Source of the DNA: Tubulanus polymorphus
Taxonomy: Eukaryota; Animalia; Nemertea
DNA: 64,000 nucleotides
NCBI RefSeq assembly: GCF_964204645.1
Contig: NC_134028.1
Span: 25,912,345 to 25,976,344, forward strand
Reading direction: 5' to 3'
The position numbers and the translations under genes were made by a program. How positions within the stretch are numbered: the first letter of the stretch is position 1; each line of letters begins with the position of its first letter. This document shows positions 45,711 through 61,636 of this stretch, piece after piece. The notes beneath the pieces were generated by a model that was not told the origin of the DNA, searched no databases, and saw only the letters and a program-made list of their open reading frames with translations.

Positions 45711-48660
45711 ATGAGGTACGTGTTCAATCTCCAGTCGAAATCGTATTTAATCTTTACTTCTGTCATTCCAAATTTTCAATTAATACATTCAAAGATTTTT
45801 GAAAACATAAGTTACGAATATTGTTTGATATTTAGCTCGCTCGATATCATCTTTAGGTTTAATTTACATTTTGAAGAAAGGTTTTTATTTTTTTTGGCCA
45901 ACCAAGTCAAATAAGTCTAAATATTTGAATGTTGCAGTTCGAAGTTATCACGAGACACTGTATTCGAGGCTGTTGATGCAGTACTCGAAAGCAGCAAGAA
46001 AAAGAAGAGAAAATTCACAGAAACCGTTGAATTGCAGATCGCTTTGAAGAATTATGATCCTCAAAAGGACAAACGTTTCTCCGGAACCGTCAAGTATGAA
46101 GATTTATAAATTTCAAGTGTGACCTGAGTTCTATCTCAGGAAGTTGGGCTCATTTATTGACCTGACGGACCTGCACCCAGGGTCTTTAATAAATTGGGGA
46201 GGTCGCAGGCGCCAAATGGCTGGTTGCCTGTCACCAAACATTTTAATTAATGTCATTTGCATCGTAGATGTAAATCGTTTAAAGAATGTTGCCTCAGAAC
46301 AGGTAAACATTATGGTTATGATAGAATCATTCTAAATTTGTTGACTGGTGTAACTGAATAGCAAGTAATAAAGACCCTAGACCATCCTTAAGTTTTTACT
46401 TAAAACAGACTGAAACCCCAACTGAAAAATGATTCACAACTTGAACTGTGTAAGATCTAAAAGATCTTAGGGTTAAAGCTGTGAAAAGGGTCGGAGTAAC
46501 TCTGATCCTTTGATTAACAGTCATGAATTGCATTTACTAGAATGATGCCATGTTGGCCAAATATCCACTTCCTTGAAAATTTGAAAGGCTTTCTGGATGT
46601 AAGTTGATAGTCTTTCGAAATATAACTAGGTTGAAGAAGGTACCTCGTCCGAATATGAAGATATGCGTTCTCGGAGATGCTCAACATATGGATGAAGCCA
46701 CGGCTAACGACGTACCCTGCATGGATGCTGAAGGCTTGAAGAAACTCAACAAGAACAAGAAACTGGTGAAAAAATTAGGTGAATAATATAATTAACAAAT
46801 ATATCTGAATCCTGGGTTCGCGGGGTTGACATTTTCAGAGAAAAATCCTTCTATACTGTACAATCGCTATATTTGCTACTGTGGCAAGTGAGTACTCTTC
46901 GAGGTGACACCAGTGATTATTGCACTTAAAGTTCCTGACCATTTAGATTGACTTGCTTCAACCTCCTTCAAGTAAATCAGACGATTCTTGCTGATATCTT
47001 TTAAGATTGATAATACCGTTGATGATGTTTAGATTGGCAACTGGGGATCTGGTGCAAAATTTATTTCAAGATTCATTGGAAATGCACTCGATTATTACCA
47101 TACAACTGATTGTATCGTTGCGCACTTTTGTACCTTATTTCTATGATGAGATGAAATAATGTTGCATGTATTACCTTACATAAAATCATGGTGATATTCA
47201 TTTCTGAGAATAATTTATTCATTCAACGCAGCCAGCCTCATTTGTCTCACGACTCGAGGTTTAAATTTTTCAAATTTCAAAATCCCTCCTTTTAAAAAGC
47301 GATAATTTCTATGATGAGATGAAATAATGTTGCATGTATTACCTTACATAAAATTATGGTGATATTCATTTCTGAGAATAATTCCTTCCTTTCCAGCCTT
47401 AATTATCTCCTGACTTGAGGCTGTAAATTTATCGCAAAATCCCTCCTTTAAAATATGATAATTTCTATGATGAGATGAAATAATGTTGCATGTATTACCT
47501 TACATAAAATCGTGGTGATATTCATTTCTGAGAAATTGGAATCTGTAGTCATTAAATTTGTAATCAAAGTGAAACTTGTCACAGGAAGTCACGGAATACC
47601 CGTGGAATTGGGTTTGGCTAATTAACAATGTCCAGGTGTCAGTTGGTCTAGATTCAGGACCTGTCAACATTTAATGGCCAGCTTATTAACTTACGACCTA
47701 TCTTTAAGATATAAGGCCACTTTTTGCTTGACTTATGTTACAACTGAGTTCGCACAGATCAGGGAAATCTAATCATCGGATAATCAATTTATGTCGATGA
47801 GCAATGAGCATTTTGTAACGCGTGAAATTTCATATATATACATATTTCTCTTCAGCCAAGAAATACGATGCTTTCCTGGCGTCTGATTCGTTGATTAAAC
47901 AGATTCCTCGTATCCTCGGACCCGGTTTGAACAAAGCCGGTAAATTTCCGACGATGTTAACTCATAACGAGTCAATGACCGGTAAAATCGAAGAGGTGAA
48001 GGCCACCATCAAGTTCCAGATGAAGAAGGTATGTGGTAGACATATGAAGCCTTTAGATCTTAATATCGTGTAGGGTGGCCGCTGACCTGCAATTCTGATA
48101 TGTTATTGACCGCGCCTTTCTTAATCGATACATGATTCATAGAAAATGAATAGATGAGATTTTAAACCAAGAAATTCGTTGGATTCCATTACGGGAATTT
48201 TTTTTCGAATTGGAGGAAAGTGGTCACCCAGATTTCATGCGAGTGACTTATTTTCGAATATCTTCGAAATGCTGGCAAGACATATTAGTATTGCACGTCA
48301 GTAGGATTGAAGTAGATGCGGTCTTTTCATTATTTCCTTTTGATTGTACAGTCTAACTCGCTTGATAAGCCCTATAGTCTTCGATTATGACAACTTCCAG
48401 TCATTACATGACCTAACCAGAGTCCGACTAATGGTATTCAATACTGTTATAATCAGTTACTAATTGTTGGTTGTGTTTAATTTCCACAGGTGTTGTGTTT
48501 GGCTGTTGCTATCGGTAATGTGAAAATGACCCGCGAAGAGCTGGCCGGTAATATTCAACTAGGAGTCAATTTCTTGGTTTCTTTGTTAAAGAAGAACTGG
48601 CAGAACGTTCGCGCTTTATACATCAAGAACACGATGGGTCCTTCGATTCGAATTTATTAA
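45711..48660 (+). CDS. RPL10A: 60S ribosomal protein L10a (uL1)
   Basis: Exons ~45711-45715, 45938-46093, 46630-46778, 47856-48028, 48490-48660. [76 protein letters not shown]. Confidence 0.98.
46178..46378. mobile_element. MITE-like insertion in RPL10A intron 2
   Basis: Inverted termini AGGGTCTTTA..TAAAGACCCT about 200 bp apart. Confidence 0.5.
47138..47212 (+). ncRNA. Box C/D snoRNA, SNORD45(U45)-like, copy 1
   Basis: Box C ATGATGA at 47143, box D CTGA at 47204, short terminal stem. Guide GCATGTATTA is complementary to the conserved 18S TAATACATGC and is followed by D' CTTA. Confidence 0.8.
47306..47380 (+). ncRNA. Box C/D snoRNA, SNORD45(U45)-like, copy 2
   Basis: Near-identical to copy 1; box C 47311, box D 47372. 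Confidence 0.8.
47462..47536 (+). ncRNA. Box C/D snoRNA, SNORD45(U45)-like, copy 3
   Basis: Near-identical to copy 1; box C 47467, box D 47528, TTTCT/AGAAA terminal stem. Confidence 0.8.
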
Positions 48661-49470
48661 TTTATACCAAATCCGAATTAATAAAATCTGAATATGAGAA
48701 AGAGAATGAGTTTTTTACTAAATCGGTGAACACCACCGCTATAGGTTTTGCCTTGGTATCGAGCATTTTATTGATTCTTTGAGGTGGAAAACTATCGACC
48801 TAGGCAGTATTGCAGCTTAGACTGGAGAGATCGGTATCCACACTCGGATAAAAGGACGAACGAGGAATTTGTTCAATTCTGGTCCAATGGTTGCGAACTT
48901 ATTGTAAACCTTGAATTACGTCCCAGAGATGCATTTAGAAATTATTCTAAGTGCGTCTTTCGTTTCAGCACAGAAACGTTATGCACATAGTTCTATAACA
49001 AAGGGAGATATTCGCAAGGGAAATTACTTGCTTGCCACAGAAGGAATATCGATCCGTGTCAGATCTTAACCGTCTAATGCTGCCGCTATACACAACGTTG
49101 ACGGCGAACATGTGAACTAATCTAGAGCTCACATGCCACAGAAGGGTGGGGTGAATAGTCAGGTTGCCTGTCACAGACCGTTAACCAGTCTAAGGGATAA
49201 ACGCGCGAGTCCACGCTCGACCGGCCGCTAATGAATGACGGTCAAGATCTAACATGCAAGCCCGGCAAATTTGAAAGACTATTTCTTGGTTTTTATACAA
49301 CATCAGTTTAATCAATTGACAAAATAAAAAATGTACAAATATTCAGCAGTATATCATCTTCGGATTTTATCGTTTTACCGATAAGACTTTTTACATTGTA
49401 TGTTATATATCATTTATCGTCGCATTTATTCAAATTCCAAACTGATTTCATACGTTAAGAATACATGAAA

Positions 49471-50589
49471 TCATGGTTTGTTAAACGCGGTTTGAAAAGA
49501 AGGAAGCCTTGTTGAATCATTCTCCTCTAATTCATCCGTGCTATCAGTTTTTTGTTCACGGCTCGCATGCGCAAATTGTTCTCGATTTTCTTGCTGACAA
49601 GTATCGACAACCTCGGTTTCCGAATTCAACATTTCTATGAACGGAATTGCCTCGGAGATCGACATGCCCATCGGTACTACACCGTCCAGTAAATTCAGAC
49701 TTTCCATCAGTAAGCAATTAGTGCCGCTAGCCCCTGTTTGATAAGTAAAAACATCCGGATAATCGAAATAAAACGACGACCCATGAGTCGAGCGTTGCCC
49801 CCAGCCGACATGAGTAGGCGCGAACGGAAACACGTCCGTTGCAGACGGAGGCGGTGTTATACTTTGATAATACGGAATGTTTATTTCGGATAAATCCTGG
49901 GAATCCGCCACTACGTAAGATCTTCGTGTCGACACCTGTTCGCTTGGAATCAACGAGGGGCCGTCTACACAGTCCACCGCTGAAGACTGATTCGACGCCC
50001 AATCGGTTCTTCTTTCTATCAACGGAGTACCGATATCAAACGGCCGCGTAAGATCGTCGAATACTTTCGATAAATCTTTCTTCGGAATTGTTTCATCAGT
50101 TTTGAAGTCCTGATTAGATACGTTGTATCCTCCGTTGATCGGCTGGTCCATACACACCGGACCGGTCGGACCAACTCCATGTTTCGCGAGCGCTTGCACG
50201 AAACTATCCCAAGCTTTCGAATCGATTTCTTTCTCTTTTTCTTTCACTTTAGGGGTCCTCCTTTTTGTTTTCTCGCTCTTTCCATTGTTTCTCTTTTTAG
50301 TAGGCGTATTCTTCTTTTTCAAAGGACTGTACCTATTTTCAGCAGTATCAGACTTACACGAGCTTTTCATCGGACTGTCAGACAGTTTGACACTGCTGAA
50401 ACGGCCGCATAACTTTGACGGTGATTGCGGCTGCGTGGCCGGTGATGACATTTGAAATTTAACAGCCGGATACGCTGTTGTTTCAAGCGTTGATATAAGC
50501 GCACTGGACGCGCTAGTAACGAACTGCAACAAGTCGTTATCAAACGTCGATAACTTGTAACTTGTTTTCGCCATTGCCGTTGCCGTCAT
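49471..50589 (-). CDS. Uncharacterised ~372-aa single-coding-exon protein, weakly FAM181-like
   Basis: Long ORF, ATG just after acceptor TTGCAG (~50596), upstream UTR donors at ~50863 and ~51045, TATA-like at ~51130. N-terminal DLLQFVTSASSALISTLE, basic NLS-like tract, C-terminal LPSFQTAF. Confidence 0.75.
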   Translation of the reverse strand: MTATAMAKTSYKLSTFDNDLLQFVTSASSALISTLETTAYPAVKFQMSSPATQPQSPSKLCGRFSSVKLSDSPMKSSCKSDTAENRYSPLKKKNTPTKKRNNGKSEKTKRRTPKVKEKEKEIDSKAWDSFVQALAKHGVGPTGPVCMDQPINGGYNVSNQDFKTDETIPKKDLSKVFDDLTRPFDIGTPLIERRTDWASNQSSAVDCVDGPSLIPSEQVSTRRSYVVADSQDLSEINIPYYQSITPPPSATDVFPFAPTHVGWGQRSTHGSSFYFDYPDVFTYQTGASGTNCLLMESLNLLDGVVPMGMSISEAIPFIEMLNSETEVVDTCQQENREQFAHASREQKTDSTDELEENDSTRLPSFQTAFNKP

Positions 50590-51943
50590 GATTTCTGCAA
50601 GTGAGATATAAATTTTTGAAGATTCGTTTTGTTTTGCTAGCGATGGACAGTAATGCAAAAGATACAAATGTAGTCTGATCATTATGATATCAATGAAGAA
50701 TCAATCAATTGATCACCAATCGACGAATATCGATGAAGCCAGCCACTAGTCTATTAATTGTGGCGCTCCTCGTGGGGTCGAAATTAGCACAGAATGATAA
50801 CCCTTTATACATAAAAATATGCATATCAGCATAGTTGTATAAATTCGTATTTCAATATCTTACCGTTTATTGCAGAAACGGATCATTAGCTTGGTTTTGA
50901 TTTTATCACAGCGTGGTATACGCAAAAATATCGTTACTCAAATTATATCGAAACATGTATAGGCTATATTATACTTTCTATATCATTGGCAGAAAACGCT
51001 CCTATTATTTCCCAACCTTTGAAAAACTGATAATGAACTTCTTACCTTTTCTCCGTACAGTTCGAGTTCTGTGTTAATAGTTCTTCGTTATTCTTTGTCA
51101 GACAATAAATGATAGCTCTTAGCAACTCTATATATTTGCGCGTGCAACACTGTTGACTGCAGTCAGACCTGTGAACGCGCGCACGCACCTGTTATCCGGC
51201 AGATGTGCATTACGTCATTGACGACACTAATTAACACGTTATTATAGTTTTTGTATTTGGACGCCTTGTTTTTCTCAGCTTCAACCCCTGGGGTTCATTG
51301 AATCAGGGAGGTGGGAATAAACCGTTGGCGCCCATATCTAGTTCATGTCTGCCGGCTCAACTCAACGAACTTTGCTCTCTCTGAAGCACTTGCCGAGACC
51401 CGCGGAACTTACGCTAGCTTGTAGCCGAGTTATCTATCGCATAAGGCATTACTAGTAAAACCTCGAACATAAAACATATTTAGCATGATCCGAAAAGTTA
51501 AGGGCCCCTTTGACCGGGGCAATAATTCGAATCAAAAAGGCATTCGGTCGTTCATCGATTCCGAAAATACAAGAGAGGGCAAATTCAGTCGTCTCTATCA
51601 ATCCCAAATATAGAACAGGGCACATTTCCTCAAAACAAGGTAGATAATCTTTAACAAGAAGACACACCATTCTTCAGGATTTCATCATTCATTATTGCAT
51701 GGAAACTAACTCAATTCAGTACATCTTAAGAGGAATGTATCAGGACTGAAATTTCACCAAAAAGCAGTAAATCTCCAACATTTTCTGGTGATACCCCAGA
51801 CCCGTTGTTTGTCGTGGATTTTATAAGTCGTGCTACCCTGTGGTCCCTGGATTCGCCCTTGAGAAACATTTGTCTCATGTGACCTAAAAGTTGTCAATGT
51901 GCGGTGTGACCATTCGGAGGTGGGATGACTGTTGTCAAATGCA

Positions 51944-52018
51944 GTCGCTTATACAAGCAAGAGTTGGTGGCACCTACGAGCGATCATCGTGGTACCAAAT
52001 CTTGCTTTTATAGGCGAT
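51944..52018 (+). ncRNA. Candidate pre-miRNA hairpin
   Basis: 30-nt arms with 27/30 paired (3 G-U) and a 15-nt loop. Confidence 0.4.
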
Positions 52019-52518
52019 CGAAGTTCGAACAAATGGGATGGGGGATACCGATCTGAGACCCTTTGTTCCAGGCACAGACTCCCGCGTGTTGAAGGGGTGC
52101 CGCACGGTTGGGCTGAAGTGATCGCACATGCCAAAAACACATCTAACGGCTTTCATTATTCATATTTACGTCACCTCTAAACGCTGAATCGACGATAATT
52201 AACGGATGCAATTAACACATAGGGCTACGTGCTATAAGCACCGTGAGGGGTCACGGGTAACTCCTCCTAACCGCCGGGAAGGGCAAACCTGGTGTTAATG
52301 TGATAAGATGAGAATGTCGTTGAAATCTAAAGATTTATTTCATTTTTTAAAACTCGCAGTCATAGAATTTAATGATCTTCCTCTGTTTTATCGATCCGAA
52401 ATTTAAAGGTGAATGTTTTATCGGTTGAATATTGTTCTTTTGATCTGAGAATGTGGAAGTCCTCCATCGTGATCCTAGAGGCTCACACTGCCATAGATAC
52501 AGACTATCATGGACACAC

Positions 52519-52556
52519 ATCTCCATAGAAACGCGGACACATATCTCCATAGAAAC
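52519..52556. promoter_or_regulatory. Two tandem X-box motifs ATCTCCATAGAAAC
   Basis: At 52519-52532 and 52543-52556; both fit RTHNYYWTRRNRAC and lie 30-65 bp upstream of ATG 52586. Confidence 0.5.
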
Positions 52557-52585
52557 GCAATCGATGGAGGAAAGAAAAAGAAAAA

Positions 52586-54688
52586 ATGAACCCCGAAAAG
52601 CGCGCTATTCTATTTAGCAAAGTTCAACGGCATCTGAGAAACAAAGCGAAGTCTGTTCGTTTTGAAATACCGTTAAATTCGGAAGAAACTGAGAATCTTA
52701 GCGATGCTCTACAAAATTTAGCCGCCAACCAATTCCAAAATTACAAAGTTCGTCAATCAGAAGTTTGGTGTGAAAGATTTGTAGATAATGTGCCAACAGC
52801 CGTATTTCCGTTAAATGAACGTGAGTAATGGATCAACTAAGTAAAATTATCTTTCAAGAAAATGAAAATAAATTTGGCTCTATATTTGTAGAGAATTTCT
52901 TTCAATTCGTCTTCTCGGACGGTTGGTCGAACTTCAGTTCGTTGCGAGTATCAAACGGTCCACTGCTCGATAAACTAATAGCAACCTTGCATCTACTCGA
53001 GGAACACCAGACGATTACTAAATACACGAGTACCATCTTCGGAAAGCATCGTCAATATAAAAAAAGTTCATCTCTAAAAACGCAGTCATCCAACGAGGTA
53101 AATATTTTGTACAGGTTTGGTAATTCTAATTTAGAGATACATTCTCTTGCGGAAGTCATGCATATCTTTATGATATTTTCAGGGGACTATTCAAATCGAT
53201 GAAACTATCAAAATAGATTTTTCTCATTATATCGTTCCTAAATACAGACGTGAACGGGCGATCGTAGAGACACCTGCCTCGTTGCAGTCACCTATCGATC
53301 AGAAAGTTTCGTCATCCCGAACCTCGCCAGCTCTGTCGTCACAACCCGACAATAATCAAATTCTTCTCGGAGATAAAGATGTCTTCGTCGGCACCAGCAC
53401 GGAGACGTGCGTCGGTTCGGAACTCGTTTATCCATCTTCCGATTCAGAATTCGATTTACATGAACTCACCGAAGAAGATGAACTCATCGATGACGTAGAG
53501 CCTCCGGAGATCGAAGCGGCAACGGTCGCAAGACCAATGTCGGTTTCGACGAAGATTCCAGTGCAAAGTGGGAAAAAGTTGAAGCGAAGCGACAGCAGAA
53601 TTGTTCTTTACAATTTCTCACCGTATCATGGTTTTTATCGGGAGGAGATTTTAGAATTGAAATTCGTGCCGCCAGTTTTCGTCTGGGAGAAACACCCACC
53701 GTCTCCAGTCGAGTCACCGATGTTCCATTTATCGCCTCTGAAACAGGGTAAAAAGAACCAAGTGAATTGTGGCAAAAGTGAATGTCATTCGGGAAGATCG
53801 ACAAGAGCAGAGGCGAGGAGATGGCTGCGTGGGTCTGATTCGACGGATGGTTCTCATAATTCATTTTTAAAGATATTTAGCAATTCGCACGTCGAATTGA
53901 GCGTAGCTGAAAGGTTGCAGCTTCTCGGCGACAGAAGTAAGCAAAAAACCTCTCAATTAGACGACGATGATTGGATACAGACAAAAATGCCAAAACCATT
54001 GAAGAAAGTGATACTGAACGCGATATGTCAAACACCAGCATTGCGAAAAAATACTAACTCCTTTAGAAGAAATAAAGCGGCTCGAAATCACAACCATTCT
54101 CCACGCCGGATGATTGGACCAGTTTCAACTGACGAATCGGAAACTTCTTCGTCGACACCAACAACAACAACAACTACTACTGCATCATCCTCACCTGGAT
54201 CGAGTATAAACATGGTGAAAACCCGTCGTGCATTCTCCAAGAAAAAGTTGAACAGAGATAAACTGGACACGGGTAAACTGAACATGAAATACAGTACTGA
54301 CGTGATCAGATCACCGGACGCTGATAGCAGCTCGCTAACGACTGCGTCTCCACAAAATATCACTGACGGCGTCGACGACGAATTAGATGGCAATAGTGGC
54401 GACGACAAGGAGAACGAGAAAACTGCAGAAGAAATCGAACGACAGAGAAAGTTGGATTTGCAGACGATCGAGGAGTTCTTTGAGAAATCTGACATGAAAA
54501 CTGGGCCGTACGACGTGAAAGGACTCTTCAAACACGATCGCGCAGTTGACTTCGATGAGAATTGTCTGAACACGGTGAAGATGTTCAACGTTCGCAAGGA
54601 GCGTGTAACATCTGATGTTGACTTCAGAACAATCACGACAGTTACAATAAACAGGCCGCTAGCTGATAAATATGCGAGTATCAAATAA
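52586..54688 (+). CDS. Uncharacterised ~650-aa protein, three coding exons
   Basis: Exons 52586-52820, 52891-53097, 53183-54688 join in frame through GT-AG sites. Mostly low complexity; no family recognised. Confidence 0.8.
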
Positions 54689-55744
54689 TGGTTTATCATC
54701 CAAACGTAATAGACGAAATATGCAGCAAAGCCTCACTTTTTAAAACAAAACTTACTTTTGTCCGACTATTTTTCTTAATCCTGTAAACTTACAAACGAAA
54801 TAATGAAAGAAATTGAACCGTTGCGTTAAGATATCGCTTTCTTTACCAAATGTAAAATTAATCTAATTCCTGGGCACATCATCAAACGGACATTTGTGAA
54901 CAGGGTTCACAGGGCTAGGTTTTTTTTCGTGTGACCCCCAGTATCTGCGTACATAGAAAAATCGCCAGATCTATGTGAATATAGCCGTCATCCGCAAACC
55001 ATTCCATGGTGCACCAAGTCCATATCCTCCTTCGATGTTATTCCCAGCATGCAAATTACTTAAGTCTGGATCGGATCAGTCATCAACGAAAAATCATTTA
55101 TTGAACTGTGAAATTTTGAATTTTTATTACAGCTATAGGCGATAATTTATAACCCAATAACCCAACAACGCAGTGTTTACTGAATAACAAAAATATACTG
55201 GTAGTTACTAGCCGCACCTACACCGAGTGGACACTTTGATAAAAACATTAATTCATTAGCACTTACTCAATAAAGTTCCACAACTATCCCATGATTTAAC
55301 AACGATTTTGCTCAACAGTGGAACTTACCGGGTAGATATAACGAACTCGGATACAATTCATCGGATATAACAAATATAGAATTTCAGAGAAACAAAAAAT
55401 TTAATCAATTTCACACTTTTTCATAACGAACATATCTCCTGGTCACGTGAACATCGCTGTATCGAAGTTCAACTGTAATAACATTGGCAAGCGCATGACC
55501 TGTGAAACAAGTTCGTCCGTTTCCTGCACGTTCAACAACATCAGGAACAATCCTTTAAATAAAATGTTTGCACCAAAAAAAAAATCAGAGAAGAATATCA
55601 TAGAATAGATCATCTTAACAGCGCAATCTTAGCATAATTTAGATGACATTTCTTGGTGTAGGAACACATTTTAAGCACTGATAATCCACCAAATTTCGGA
55701 ACAATATTGTTTTAACTAAGAACCAATGTTGTTCTGATTTTTAA

Positions 55745-60721
<4,977 letters not shown>

Positions 60722-61636
60722 ATTGTTGAAAATCCCTAATTGCCGGCTAACGGACTAATATAGTTCGAAACCGTTAGTTAGGGTTTTCCCGTTAATCATT
60801 ACATCGTCAGTAAAGAATTTTGCTTTGTGAACAACTGATAGTGCGGGTAATTTAAAAAAGAACAATTATTTAATTCATGGGGGCTTTTAATTCGTGATTT
60901 ATGTCGCTTGTGACTGCGTTACATCGGGCCCAACATAGTCAGTTAAAACTATCAGTTCAAAATTCTAACCTTTTGGTCTGAAATAGAATATTTTCCGGCG
61001 TCGCTAGAAAGCTTGAAGAAGTAGGTCACCTACATACAGTCAATGAGTCAGTAGCCTACAAACTGCTAAACTTAACTATTTAGAAAATTCTAGGAAGGTC
61101 GGAGAACAGAGTAAAGTAAAAGAAAATAGAGCAGTCAAACCCTGGCCAGCAGATTGCCCAGATTGCTAGCGTAGCATCTTAACACTTACTAGTCCAGCCA
61201 GGCTTCCTTCATTGATGATCATTGATGAATCCCTGCTACAAATATTTTAACTACCACTCAACTTGACCCTAACACTAGTAGGCTATGCCAGGCATATTCC
61301 TATTGTTTATGAGTCCAATGACCGGTACTTGTTAGCCTGCACTAACTGAGCTAGGTGACTAGTAGTTACCTAGCCTAGCTAGGTCCTAGCCGTTGGTGGT
61401 AGGCCTAGGCCTAAAGCTTTTTGTGAAAATATCCGATCATGAAACTAAACCACAGACATCAGTAACTTGCCGACTCAGCCCATCGTTCAGTTGTTGGTTT
61501 CTTGAGATTATGGATTGATCTTTCAACTTCAAGATAGGACCGCAGCCTTTGAAATATGTAGATAAAATGAAGCGTGACTTAATCCTTTATCGCTTTAGGA
61601 TAATCTTTTAAAGACGCTCGAAACAATGAGAACAGA

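Noticed and set aside
47019-47109. Additional C/D snoRNA (TGATGA..CTGA) upstream of the triplet
   Set aside because: No convincing terminal stem or recognisable rRNA complementarity.
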